64,000 nucleotides of DNA, from contig DATAUF010000002.1 in NCBI GenBank assembly GCA_036268405.1, positions 6,910 through 70,909 on the forward strand, given 5' to 3'. A program made the position numbers and the translations under genes. This DNA is from Mycobacteriales bacterium. GTDB taxonomy: Bacteria; Actinomycetota; Actinomycetes; JAFAQI01. Positions 17,541 to 26,908 of this stretch are shown piece after piece. Under the pieces are notes generated by a model that saw nothing but the letters and a program-made list of their open reading frames with translations, had not been told where the DNA came from and did not search any database. Position 1 is the first letter of the stretch, and each line of letters starts with the position of its first letter.

Positions 17541-18338
17541 GTGGATTTAGGCCTCGACGGCGCCCGCGTCGTGGTGACCGGCGGCGCATCGAACATCGGC
17601 CGTGGCATCGTCCACGCGTTCGCTGCCGAACACGCACGAATCGTCATCGCGGATCTTGACGGCGTGCAGGCAGCGAGGGTGCAGGCCGAGGCGACCGATC
17701 TCGGTGCGGCCGAGGTCGTCATGGCGATCGAGGACCTGACGATCGACGGTGCCCCCGAACGGTCGGTGGCGGCCGCGGCAGATCGTTGGGGCGGGATCGA
17801 CGTGCTGGTCAACAACGCCGGTTGGAGCGTGCCGGGCTTTCTCGTCGAGGACACCGACCGCGCGCGCTGGCAGCGGCTCGTCGAGGTCAACCTGTTCACC
17901 GCGATCGCCTGCACCCAGGCCGCCATCCCGTCGATGCGTGAGGCCGGCGCCGGTTCCGTCATCTACATCGCCAGCGATGCGGCGTTCGGACAGATCCGCC
18001 AGGCGGTGTACGGCGCCACCAAGGCGGCGGTGCTCGCGCTCGCCCGCACCACAGCCCGCGAGCACGGGCGGCACGGCATCCGCTCGAACGTGGTGTGCCC
18101 GGGCCTCGTCGTACCTGAAGGACCCGAAGCGGTCGGCCAGTCGAGCCTGTGGGCGGTCGGCCAGGACGCGGTGTTCAACGAGAGCCAGATCGACTACCTG
18201 CGCAAGGACACCCCACTGCGCCGTCTCACCGAAGCCAAGGACGTCGCCGGCGCGGTGTTGTGGTTCGCCTCGCCGACCGCGGCCCGCCAGGTCACCGGCC
18301 AGGTGATCTCGGTCAGCGGCGGCTACACGATGCCCTAG
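17541..18338 (+). CDS. SDR family oxidoreductase
   Basis: VVVTGGASNIGRG, NNAG, YGATKAA motifs; GTG start with GGGAG upstream. Confidence 0.9.
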   Translation: MDLGLDGARVVVTGGASNIGRGIVHAFAAEHARIVIADLDGVQAARVQAEATDLGAAEVVMAIEDLTIDGAPERSVAAAADRWGGIDVLVNNAGWSVPGFLVEDTDRARWQRLVEVNLFTAIACTQAAIPSMREAGAGSVIYIASDAAFGQIRQAVYGATKAAVLALARTTAREHGRHGIRSNVVCPGLVVPEGPEAVGQSSLWAVGQDAVFNESQIDYLRKDTPLRRLTEAKDVAGAVLWFASPTAARQVTGQVISVSGGYTMP

Positions 18339-18363
18339 GAAGCTGGGACGCAGTCGGGAGTAT

Positions 18364-18768
18364 TCAGGCGACCACGAGGTCGTCGCGGCCGTCCGCCTTC
18401 AACCGGTCGATGTAGACCGGGTACAGCGACTTGCCGAGCGGCGCCAGTTTGAGCAGCTGCGCGACGTTGCCCTCGACCTTGACCTTGCCGCGTGCCATCG
18501 CGAACGGCAGGTTGACCTTGCCCTGCCAGTAGGCGTTCTGCATCTCGGCACTCATCGTCATCGTCGCCGACACCACCGAGTCGGTGTCACCGGGGATCAC
18601 TTTGTGGTTGCCCATGTCGAGGACGAACGCCGACTCGGGATCGGTGGAGATGACCCGCAGCACGATGCCGGTCGCCGCCAGCTTCGGACCGATCTCGGGG
18701 TCGGCGAACGCGGTCTCAAAGATGCCGCCGATGTAGTGGACGACCTCATCAGCGTTGCTGAACGGCAT
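18364..18768 (-). CDS. SCP2 sterol/lipid-binding domain protein
   Basis: ATG 18768; 134 aa with AYWQGKVNLPFAMARGKVKVEGN, typical of the SCP2 C-terminus. Confidence 0.8.
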   Translation of the reverse strand: MPFSNADEVVHYIGGIFETAFADPEIGPKLAATGIVLRVISTDPESAFVLDMGNHKVIPGDTDSVVSATMTMSAEMQNAYWQGKVNLPFAMARGKVKVEGNVAQLLKLAPLGKSLYPVYIDRLKADGRDDLVVA

Positions 18769-18809
18769 GTCGGAATCCTTCTTTGGGTGGGAGGTCGAGG
18801 TCGGCCTGG

Positions 18810-19592
18810 TCAGATCTCCGGAGCGGGGACGATGCCGGTCAACACCGCGCCTGCGATGCCGCCGTCGGCGATGATGTTGTGGCCGTTGATCCATCCGGAT
18901 TCAGATGAGGCCAGGAACGCCACGACCCTTGCGATGTCGAGCGGTGTCGCATGGCGGCCGACGAGCTCCCTTACTCCGTCGATGATGTCCTTGCCCATCG
19001 ACTCCTCGAAGTCGACGAGGATCGGCGTCTCGACCGGGCCCGGGCTGACCGCGTTCATCCGCACGCCTGCCTCGACCAGACCTGTGGCCATCGCCATCGT
19101 GTAGACGGTGAGGGCCTCCTTGGAGAAGTTGTACATGTTGCCTTGTTGCGGGTGGTCCTTGAACCACACGACGCCTTCTTCATAGGTCTCGGCGCCCATG
19201 AGGTCGCGAATAGCGTCGATGCGATCCGGCCAGCCGAAGCCAGCCGTGGAGGCGACGTTGACGATGGCGCCACCTGGCCGGAGCCGGTCGAAGAACGCCT
19301 CGGCGAGGTGGCGCGCGGCAAGGAAGTTCACCCGGAAGACAGCCTCTGCGGGATGCGTGCCGGGCAGGCCGGCGACGTTGCACAGCACGTCGAACTCGCC
19401 GTCGAGCTGGCTGAGTGCGCCCTCGATGCTGGCAAGGTCGGTCAGGTCGACCGGGACGTGCGCCTCAACGGGCGCGGTCGGGGAGTTGCGGTCGAGACTC
19501 ACAACACTCGCGCCGCGCTCCATGAGCAGACGCGCCACCGCGTCACCGGTACCGGAGGCAGCGCCCGTTACGACGCATCGCTTTCCATCCAC
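18810..19592 (-). CDS. SDR family oxidoreductase
   Basis: GTG 19592; CVVTGAASGTG and YNFSKEA motifs. Confidence 0.85.
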   Translation of the reverse strand: MDGKRCVVTGAASGTGDAVARLLMERGASVVSLDRNSPTAPVEAHVPVDLTDLASIEGALSQLDGEFDVLCNVAGLPGTHPAEAVFRVNFLAARHLAEAFFDRLRPGGAIVNVASTAGFGWPDRIDAIRDLMGAETYEEGVVWFKDHPQQGNMYNFSKEALTVYTMAMATGLVEAGVRMNAVSPGPVETPILVDFEESMGKDIIDGVRELVGRHATPLDIARVVAFLASSESGWINGHNIIADGGIAGAVLTGIVPAPEI

Positions 19593-19594
19593 GG

Positions 19595-19613
19595 CTTTTA
19601 ATCTAGAGTATAA
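19595..19613 (-). promoter_or_regulatory. AT-rich 19-nt element, copy C (TTATACTCTAGATTAAAAG)
   Basis: Reverse complement of cttttaatctagagtataa; ends 2 nt before GTG 19592. Quasi-palindromic around CTAG. Shared with the divergent ALDH-P450-FadD operon. Confidence 0.45.
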
Positions 19614-19631
19614 AAGGCGGTGGGTGTCAAC

Positions 19632-21092
19632 ATGACGAATCACGTTGGCGCGGACTCGGAGGCGAATGTGACAGCAGGCGCAACTACCGGCACCGTGACG
19701 TCGAATGCGGCCTTGGCCGCCCCGGCGCCTGGGGAGATCGAGCAGGTCATGCGGCGGCTGCGTGCAACCGCTGCGAGCGGCCGCACTCGACCGCTTGCCT
19801 GGCGGCTGAAGCAGCTCGCCGGCATCGATCGACTACTCGCTGAACGCGAGACGGAGATCGCCGAAGCGCTTGGAGCCGACCTCGGTCGGACCGGCTTCGA
19901 CGCCTGGCTCGGTGACATCGCGTCGACCCGCGCGGAGGCGTCGTACGCCCGCAAGCACTTGCGGCGCTGGATGCGGCCGCGCCGGGCCTCTGTGCCGATG
20001 AGCATGCGGCCGGGCCGCGCCTACTACGCGTACGAGCCGCTCGGCGTTGTCCTCGTCATCGGTCCGTGGAACTACCCGGTGTATCTCACGCTGGGCCCGC
20101 TCATCGGAGCGTTGGCCGCGGGCAACTGCGCGGTCGTCAAGCCCTCCGAACACGCCCCCGCAACGTCGGCTCTGCTGACGCGACTGCTCCCGGAGTACCT
20201 CGACGCGGACGCAGTCGCCGTTGTCGAGGGCGATGCGCGCGCGACCCAAGCGCTCATGGAGCAGGGCTTCGACCACGCCTTCTTCACCGGCGGACCGGAG
20301 ATCGGCAAGCTCGTCATGGCGGCGGCCGCTCCTACCCTCACCCCGGTCACCCTCGAGCTCGGTGGCAAGTCGCCGGCGATCGTCAGTCGCACCGCCGATC
20401 CCGCCATCGCAGCGCGGCGCATCGTGTGGACGAAGTTCATCAACTCCGGCCAGACCTGCATCGCGCCGGACTACGTTCTCGTCGACGCCACGGTCAAAGA
20501 CCTGTTCGTGCGCGAGCTCGGTACCGCGCTGAGCCAGATGCGGGTGGGCGCACCTCAGTACGCGCCCATCGTCAACCGCCGCCAGTACGACCGTCTCGCC
20601 GGTCTGCTCGCCGACAGCGGTGGCGATGTCGCGGTGGGCGGCGGCACCGATGCTGCAACCGGTGCCATCGAGCCGACCGTGATCGTCGAGCCCGACCCGG
20701 CGTCGCCGGTGATGCAGGAGGAGATCTTCGGCCCGATCCTGCCGGTGCTCGGCACAGCCTCGCTCGATGCGGCGATCGAGTTCGTCGGCGCTCGCGCGAA
20801 GCCGCTTGCGGCGTACCTGTTCAGTGCGAGCCGTGCCGAGCAGCGCCGGGCTACCGCCGAGATCAACGCGGGCGGCATGGTGATCAACCAAGCCTCGTTG
20901 CACGTGTTGGTCCCGTCCCTGCCGTTCGGCGGCGTGGGCAACAGCGGCATGGGCGCCTACCACGGAGAGTGGGGCTTCCAGACCTTCAGCCACCGCAAGG
21001 CCGTGTTGGTGAAACGACAGCGGCCGGACCTGTCGCTGATGTACCCGCCGTACACCGCACGCACCGAGCGACTGTTGCGACGAGTGTTCTGA
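19632..21092 (+). CDS. NAD(P)-dependent aldehyde dehydrogenase (class-3/fatty aldehyde type)
   Basis: ELGGKSPAIV and FINSGQTCIAPDYVLV catalytic motifs; ATG 19632 (track start GTG 19620). Confidence 0.92.
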   Translation: MTNHVGADSEANVTAGATTGTVTSNAALAAPAPGEIEQVMRRLRATAASGRTRPLAWRLKQLAGIDRLLAERETEIAEALGADLGRTGFDAWLGDIASTRAEASYARKHLRRWMRPRRASVPMSMRPGRAYYAYEPLGVVLVIGPWNYPVYLTLGPLIGALAAGNCAVVKPSEHAPATSALLTRLLPEYLDADAVAVVEGDARATQALMEQGFDHAFFTGGPEIGKLVMAAAAPTLTPVTLELGGKSPAIVSRTADPAIAARRIVWTKFINSGQTCIAPDYVLVDATVKDLFVRELGTALSQMRVGAPQYAPIVNRRQYDRLAGLLADSGGDVAVGGGTDAATGAIEPTVIVEPDPASPVMQEEIFGPILPVLGTASLDAAIEFVGARAKPLAAYLFSASRAEQRRATAEINAGGMVINQASLHVLVPSLPFGGVGNSGMGAYHGEWGFQTFSHRKAVLVKRQRPDLSLMYPPYTARTERLLRRVF

Positions 21093-21129
21093 TGACGGCT
21101 GTTCTGACGATCGCAGGGAGGATCCGCCC

Positions 21130-22383
21130 ATGAGTTCCGAGCGTCCGCCGTTCGACCCGGTGTCGGTGTCTCCGCTGTCCTTCTGGGACAGCACCGCCGA
21201 GGAGCGCGACGCCTCGTTCAAGATCCTTCGGGACGAGCGCCCGGTGAGCTGGCATCCGCCGCTCGAGGGCTCGCTGATGGAGGCCGAGCAGGACGGGTTC
21301 TGGGCGGTATCGCGCCACGAAGACATCGCGGCGATCAGCAAGAATCCGGAAGTGTTCTGCTCGGGCCGGGGCGTGATGATCGAAGAGGTGCCAGAGGACC
21401 TTCTCGAGGCGGCCCAGTCCTTCCTGGCGATGGACGCGCCTCGGCACGGCGCGCTGCGTCGACTCGTGAGTGTGGCGTTCACGCCCAAGCAGATCGCGAA
21501 GATCGACGAGCAGATCAAGGCGCAGGCACGGCGGATTGTCGACGACTTGCTCGACACGACCGACGGCGACTTCGTCACCCAGGTGTCGAAGCGGCTTCCG
21601 ATGTGGACGATCTACGAGCTGATCGGTTTGCCGGAGGAGCTCCGCGAAGAGGCTGCGCATCACGCCGACGGAATGGTCTCCTGGGCGGACGCGGACGTTG
21701 CAGCGGGCCGCGAGCCGGGCGAGGTGCTCAACGACAGCCTGGTCGGCCTGATCACCATCGCGTTCGAGATGGTCGAGGACCGCAAGACGCATCCGCGCGA
21801 CGACATCCTGACCAACCTGGTGCAGGCGGAGGTTGACGGTCAGCGGCTTACCGACGAGGAGATAGCGAGCTTCTTCGTCCTGCTCTCGGTGGCGGGCAAC
21901 GACACCACCCGCAACTCGACAACGCTCGGCATGAAATACCTCTGCGACTTCCCGGAGCAGCGCAAGCTGTTGGCTGACAACCCCGAAGGCCTGATTCAGC
22001 CGGCGGCCGAAGAGATCGTCCGCTACGCGACGCCGGTGATGACGTTCCGGCGTACCGCGACGCGCGACGTCGAGCTGCACGGCCAGCAGATCCGCGAAGG
22101 CGACTGGGTCGTGACGCTGTTCTCCTCGGCGAATCGCGACGAGCGGGAGTTCATGCATCCGGGTGAGTTCGACATCACCCGCACGCCGAATCGGCACGTC
22201 GGGTTCGGTGGCGGCGGCCCGCACTTCTGCATGGGCAGCATGCTGGCTCGTACGCAGCTGCGGTCGCTGTTCACTGAGCTTGCGACCCGGGCTCCGGGCC
22301 TCGAGCTCGGCGAGCCGAACTATCTGGTGGGCAACTTCGTCCACGCGGTCAAGTCGGTTCCGTACCAGCTGAACGCTCGCTGA
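21130..22383 (+). CDS. Cytochrome P450
   Basis: FGGGGPHFCMGSMLAR heme-thiolate loop; VAGNDTT I-helix; EIVRY ExxR; GGGAGGA RBS. Confidence 0.95.
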   Translation: MSSERPPFDPVSVSPLSFWDSTAEERDASFKILRDERPVSWHPPLEGSLMEAEQDGFWAVSRHEDIAAISKNPEVFCSGRGVMIEEVPEDLLEAAQSFLAMDAPRHGALRRLVSVAFTPKQIAKIDEQIKAQARRIVDDLLDTTDGDFVTQVSKRLPMWTIYELIGLPEELREEAAHHADGMVSWADADVAAGREPGEVLNDSLVGLITIAFEMVEDRKTHPRDDILTNLVQAEVDGQRLTDEEIASFFVLLSVAGNDTTRNSTTLGMKYLCDFPEQRKLLADNPEGLIQPAAEEIVRYATPVMTFRRTATRDVELHGQQIREGDWVVTLFSSANRDEREFMHPGEFDITRTPNRHVGFGGGGPHFCMGSMLARTQLRSLFTELATRAPGLELGEPNYLVGNFVHAVKSVPYQLNAR

Positions 22384-22384
22384 C

Positions 22385-23911
22385 ATGTACCCCGGAACCT
22401 TCGCGCTGACCACCCCGGACAAGCCGGCCGTGGTTGTGGCCGGCAACGGGGAAGTGCTGACGTATCGCGAGCTCGACGAGGGCTCTGCACGATTGGCGAG
22501 GCTCTTGCACGACCGCGGTCTGCGGTCGGGCGACACCATTGCGGTGCTGAGCGACAACCAGCTGCCGGTGTTCGAGGTCTACTGGGCGGCGATGCGGTCG
22601 GGGCTCTACCTCACCGCGGTCAACCACCATCTGTCGACCGACGAGGTGGCGTACATCGTCAACGACAGTGACGCGAAGGCGATCGTCGTGTCGGCGGCGA
22701 AACGGGAGCTCGCCGAGAGCATCGTCACCACGACACCGGCGGTCGAGGTCCGCCTCGCGTTCGGCGGAGAGGTGGTCGGGCACGAGAGCTACGAGAAGCT
22801 GCTCGCCGACATCCCGCCGACTCCGCTCGAGCGTCAGCCTCGTGGTGGCGACATGCTCTATTCGTCAGGTACGACGGGCCGACCCAAGGGAATCAAAGCG
22901 CCGCTGCCGGACCGGCAGGTCGACGAACCGGGCGACATGTACGTCGCATTGTTCGTGCCGCACTTCGCGATGTCGGCGGACACCGTCTACCTGTCACCGG
23001 CACCGCTCTACCACGCCGCTCCGCTGCGGTTCTGCGCCACGATCCAGTCGGTCGGCGGCACGGTCGTGATGATGGAACGGTTCGACGCCGAAGCGATGCT
23101 GGCCGCGATCGAGCGCTACCAGGTCACCCACCTGCAGGTGGTGCCGACGATGTTCGTGCGGATGCTGAAGCTGCCCGACACGGATCGCGCCCGCTATGAC
23201 GTCAGCAGCCTCAAGGTCGCGATTCATGCGGCGGCACCGTGTCCGCCCGACGTGAAGCAGGCGATGATCGAGTGGTGGGGGCCGATCCTCACCGAGTACT
23301 ACGCGTCCACCGAAGGCAACGGCGGCACTCTCATCGGCAGTGCCGACTGGCTGCGCAAGCCGGGTTCGGTCGGCAAGCCGTTCGTCGGCGTCCCGCACAT
23401 CTGCGATGACGAGGGCAACAAGGTCGGCTCGGGTGAGGTGGGCACCGTCTACTTCGAGCGGGAAGCGTTGCCGTTCACGTACCACAACGATCCGGACAAG
23501 ACGGCGGCCGCGCAGCACCCGCAGTTCCCGACCTGGACCACGGTCGGTGACCTCGGCTACCTCGACGAGGACGGCTTTCTGTTCCTCACCGACCGCAAGT
23601 CGTTCATGATCATCTCCGGCGGGGTGAACATCTACCCGCAGGAGATCGAGAACGCGCTGGCACTGCATCCGATGGTGTCCGACGTGGCCGTGATCGGCGT
23701 TCCGGACGACGAGATGGGTGAGCAGGTCAAGGCCGTCATCGTGCTCGCCCCGGGTGTCGAACCGAGTCAGACCACTAAGGACGAGCTGATTGACTTTCTC
23801 GGTGCCCGGATCGCGCGGTTCAAGCTGCCGCGCAGTATCGACTTCGTCGACGCGCTGCCGCGGACACCGACCGGCAAGCTCGCCAAGCACCTGCTGACCG
23901 GACGGTCCTAA
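22385..23911 (+). CDS. AMP-dependent acyl-CoA synthetase/ligase (FadD-like)
   Basis: YSSGTTGRPKGI motif; start 1 nt after the P450 stop. Confidence 0.92.
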   Translation: MYPGTFALTTPDKPAVVVAGNGEVLTYRELDEGSARLARLLHDRGLRSGDTIAVLSDNQLPVFEVYWAAMRSGLYLTAVNHHLSTDEVAYIVNDSDAKAIVVSAAKRELAESIVTTTPAVEVRLAFGGEVVGHESYEKLLADIPPTPLERQPRGGDMLYSSGTTGRPKGIKAPLPDRQVDEPGDMYVALFVPHFAMSADTVYLSPAPLYHAAPLRFCATIQSVGGTVVMMERFDAEAMLAAIERYQVTHLQVVPTMFVRMLKLPDTDRARYDVSSLKVAIHAAAPCPPDVKQAMIEWWGPILTEYYASTEGNGGTLIGSADWLRKPGSVGKPFVGVPHICDDEGNKVGSGEVGTVYFEREALPFTYHNDPDKTAAAQHPQFPTWTTVGDLGYLDEDGFLFLTDRKSFMIISGGVNIYPQEIENALALHPMVSDVAVIGVPDDEMGEQVKAVIVLAPGVEPSQTTKDELIDFLGARIARFKLPRSIDFVDALPRTPTGKLAKHLLTGRS

Positions 23912-25062
23912 CCGAGCCGTTCGATGATCGTGACGTTTGCCTGGCCACCGCCTTCGCACATCGTCTGCAGTCCGTAACGACCGCCGGTCCGCTCGAGCTC
24001 GTGGAGCAGCGTCGTCATGAGGCGGGCACCGGTCGCACCGATCGGGTGGCCGAGTGCGATCGCGCCGCCGTTCGGGTTGACCCGCGCCGGGTCCGCGCCG
24101 ATGTCGGCCTGCCAGGCGAGTACGACGCTGGCGAATGCCTCGTTGATCTCGATGGTGTCGATGTCCCCGATGCTCAGACCGCTCTTCTTGAACGCGTTCT
24201 CGGTCGCCGGGATCGGTGCGGTGAGCATGAGGACGGGATCGGCGCCGAGGACCGACAGGTGATGAATGCGTGCGCGCGGCGTCAGTCCGTGACGACGGAC
24301 GGCATCCTCCGACGCGATGAGCAGGGCGGCCGAGGCATCCGAGATCTGGCTGGACACCGCTGCGGTGAGCCGGCCGCCTGGCACGAGGGTGTTGAGCGAG
24401 GCCATCTTCTCGAGCGAGGTGTCCGGTCGCGGTCCCTCGTCAGCGCTCACCCCTTCGAGTGCCACGATCTCTCGATCGAAGTGGCCGCCGGCCTGCGCAG
24501 CGGCAGCGCGCTGGTGGCTGGCGAGGGCGAAGTGCTCCATGTCCTCGCGGCTGAGTCCCCACTGCTCGGCGATCCGCTCGGCCGCGACGAACTGCGAGAT
24601 CTCCTGGTCGCCGTACCGCGCATGCCAGCCCTTTGAGCCGGTCCAGGGGTCAGTGGCACCGAACGGCTCGCCGGCACCGAACGCGCTGAGGATCGGGAAC
24701 TGACTCATCTTCTGTACGCCGCCGGCGATGATCAGGTCCGAGGTGCCGCTCATCACGCCCTGTGCCGCGAAGTGGACGGCCTGTTGTGCCGATCCGCACT
24801 GCCGGTCGATCGTGACGCCGGGCACCGTCTCGGGCAGGCCTGCGGCGAGCGCGGACGTCCGGGCGATGTCGCCGGCCTGTGACCCGATCTGGTCGAGGCA
24901 GCCGAAGATCACATCGTCGATCGCCGCGGGATCGATGTCGGTGCGTTCAACCAAGGTTCGGATGACATGGGCACCCAAGTCGGACGGATGCACCTCGGCG
25001 AAGCCGCCGCCTCGTTTTCCGACTGGCGTTCGGACGGCGTCGACGATGTAGGCCTCGGGCAT
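23908..25062 (-). CDS. Acetyl-CoA C-acyltransferase (thiolase, FadA-like)
   Basis: ATG 25062 with GGAGGA RBS; TIDRQCGSAQQAV, NGGAIALGHPIGATG, MCEGGGQANV. Confidence 0.92.
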   Translation of the reverse strand: MPEAYIVDAVRTPVGKRGGGFAEVHPSDLGAHVIRTLVERTDIDPAAIDDVIFGCLDQIGSQAGDIARTSALAAGLPETVPGVTIDRQCGSAQQAVHFAAQGVMSGTSDLIIAGGVQKMSQFPILSAFGAGEPFGATDPWTGSKGWHARYGDQEISQFVAAERIAEQWGLSREDMEHFALASHQRAAAAQAGGHFDREIVALEGVSADEGPRPDTSLEKMASLNTLVPGGRLTAAVSSQISDASAALLIASEDAVRRHGLTPRARIHHLSVLGADPVLMLTAPIPATENAFKKSGLSIGDIDTIEINEAFASVVLAWQADIGADPARVNPNGGAIALGHPIGATGARLMTTLLHELERTGGRYGLQTMCEGGGQANVTIIERLG

Positions 25063-25072
25063 GGTTCCTCCT

Positions 25073-25687
25073 CTACGACGCGGCTGCGATGCCGCGTCTG
25101 ATGATCGATTGGGCGGTGGCAATGACGGAGTCGAGCGAGCCACGTTGCGGGGTCCACCACTCGGTGGCCCAGTTCAAGCTCCCGATGACGAGCAGCCGGG
25201 CGAGCTCGGGGTCCAGGTCGGCACGCATGCTGCCGTCGGCATGGGCGACACGGAAGAGCGACCGCCAGATCTCGGCGTACTTGCGCTCTTCGATCAGCTG
25301 CCGGCCGCGGATCGCAGGTGGAAGCTGGCCGACGTTGCGAATGACGGCGTGGGCGAAGCTCGACTCGGACATCAGCTGGCGGATGTGGGCGTCGATCGCG
25401 ATGTCGAGTCGGTCGAGCGCCGTCGCCGAGGCGGGTGCGCGGTCAAGCGCTGCGGCAACGTAGTCCCGCAGCTTGATCGTCCCGACGACGACGACCTCTT
25501 CGATGAGGTGGTCTCGCGAAGGGAAGTAGTAGTAGATCGCCGGAGCTTGCAGCCCGGCTTCTTCGGCGACATCGACGAGCCGCGTGCCGCTGTAGCCCAG
25601 GCGACTCAACGTCATGGCCGCCGCCGAGATGACGCGCTCGCGGGTTCGCTCGGACTTCGACCCGGCTTCGGTCGTGCGAGTGCTCAC
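25073..25687 (-). CDS. TetR family regulator (paralog 1), embedded in the operon
   Basis: GTG 25687 overlaps the acyl-CoA dehydrogenase stop (GTGA). HTH RLGYSGTRLVDVAEEAGLQAPAIYYYF. Shares QAPAIYYYF and NW(A/T)(T/A)EWW with TetR 28087..28779. Confidence 0.88.
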   Translation of the reverse strand: MSTRTTEAGSKSERTRERVISAAAMTLSRLGYSGTRLVDVAEEAGLQAPAIYYYFPSRDHLIEEVVVVGTIKLRDYVAAALDRAPASATALDRLDIAIDAHIRQLMSESSFAHAVIRNVGQLPPAIRGRQLIEERKYAEIWRSLFRVAHADGSMRADLDPELARLLVIGSLNWATEWWTPQRGSLDSVIATAQSIIRRGIAAAS

Positions 25688-26847
25688 CGTCGGGCGCCTG
25701 CTCGACTCATGAGCTGCGAGACGATGACATTGCGCTGGATCTCGTTGGTGCCTTCTCCGACGATCATCAGCGGAGCGTCGCGAAAGTAGCGCTCGACGTC
25801 GAACTCGGTGGAGTAGCCGTAGCCGCCATGAATCCGGACCGCGTTGAGGGCGATCTGCATGGCCGTCTCGGAGGCGAACAGCTTGGCCATGCCAGCCTCC
25901 ATGTCGCACCGCTCACCGGCCTCGAGACGTTCGGCGGCATAGAGCACGAGCTGGCGTGCGGCGGTCAGCTGCGTCGCCATGTCGGCGAGGTAGTTGCCGA
26001 TCGACTGGTGCTTCCAGATCGGCTTGCCGAAAGACGTCCGGTCCTGCGCGTACTGCATCGCGTCCTCGAACGCCGCGCGCGCGACGCCTAGTGCGCGAGC
26101 AGCGACTTGAATCCGGCCGGTCTCAAGGCCCTTCATCATCTGTGAGAAGCCCTGGCCCGGCGTCTCGCCCAGCAGCGCCGTGCTGGGCGTGCGATAGTCG
26201 TGGAAGACGAGCTCGCAAGTCTCGACCCCCTTGTAACCGAGCTTGCCGAGGTCCTTCGAGATGGTGAATCCGGCGCCCGGCTCGACGAGGATGATGCTGA
26301 TTCCGCGGTGACGTGGCTCGGCCTTGGGGTCGGTCTTGCACAGCAGCGCGATCATTCCGGATCGGCGCGGATTGGTGATCCACGTCTTCGAGCCGTTGAT
26401 CACGTACTCGCTGCCGTCGTCGGACAGGGTCGCAGTGGTCGTGATCGCCTGCAGGTCGGATCCTCCGCTGGGCTCGGTGAGCGCCATCGCGGCCCGGAGC
26501 TCGCCGGTTGCCATGAGCGGTAGGTAGGTCTTCTTCTGGTCATCTGTACCGAACTCACAGAGGAGCTTCGAGACGACCGTGTGGCCACCCATTGCGCCTG
26601 CCAGGCTCATCCAGCCGCGCGAGAGCTCCTCGGTGATCAGCGCGTAGCAAGGCATCGACACCTTGGCCTCGCCGTAGGGCACGGGGATCGCCAACCCGAA
26701 GATCCCCAGCTGCTTCATTGCCTCGATCAGCTTCTCGGGGTACGTGTTCGCGTGCTCAAGGTCTCGGACGACCGGCTTGACGTCGCGGTCGACGAAGTCG
26801 CGGACCGTCGCGACGATGTCCTGCTCGTCCTGGCTCAGGGTCGCCAT
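25684..26847 (-). CDS. Acyl-CoA dehydrogenase
   Basis: ATG 26847 with GAAAGGA RBS; ALTEPSGGSDL; C-terminal IVGEGTNEIQRNVI. Confidence 0.93.
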   Translation of the reverse strand: MATLSQDEQDIVATVRDFVDRDVKPVVRDLEHANTYPEKLIEAMKQLGIFGLAIPVPYGEAKVSMPCYALITEELSRGWMSLAGAMGGHTVVSKLLCEFGTDDQKKTYLPLMATGELRAAMALTEPSGGSDLQAITTTATLSDDGSEYVINGSKTWITNPRRSGMIALLCKTDPKAEPRHRGISIILVEPGAGFTISKDLGKLGYKGVETCELVFHDYRTPSTALLGETPGQGFSQMMKGLETGRIQVAARALGVARAAFEDAMQYAQDRTSFGKPIWKHQSIGNYLADMATQLTAARQLVLYAAERLEAGERCDMEAGMAKLFASETAMQIALNAVRIHGGYGYSTEFDVERYFRDAPLMIVGEGTNEIQRNVIVSQLMSRAGARR

Positions 26848-26859
26848 GGCGGGTCCTTT

Positions 26860-26873
26860 CGGTGCTTGCACCG
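26860..26873. promoter_or_regulatory. Palindrome CGGTGC-TT-GCACCG in the 5' region of the acyl-CoA dehydrogenase/TetR/thiolase operon
   Basis: Read directly at 26860-26873, immediately upstream of the RBS of the minus-strand gene; operator or leader hairpin. Confidence 0.3.
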
Positions 26874-26888
26874 TTGTCGACGTACGGA

Positions 26889-26907
26889 TTCTAACCTATA
26901 TTAAAAC
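26889..26907 (+). promoter_or_regulatory. AT-rich 19-nt element, copy B (TTCTAACCTATATTAAAAC)
   Basis: Ends 1 nt before ATG 26909; contains TATATT 6 nt upstream of the start codon. Confidence 0.5.
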
Positions 26908-26908
26908 C

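Noticed and set aside
19833-22557. Long antisense ORFs 19833..21578 (581 aa) and 20986..22557 (523 aa) opposite the ALDH and P450 genes
   Set aside because: No recognizable motifs and Arg/Gly/Asp-rich low-information sequence. The sense frames contain ALDH and P450 signature motifs. Long stop-free antisense frames are expected at this GC content.
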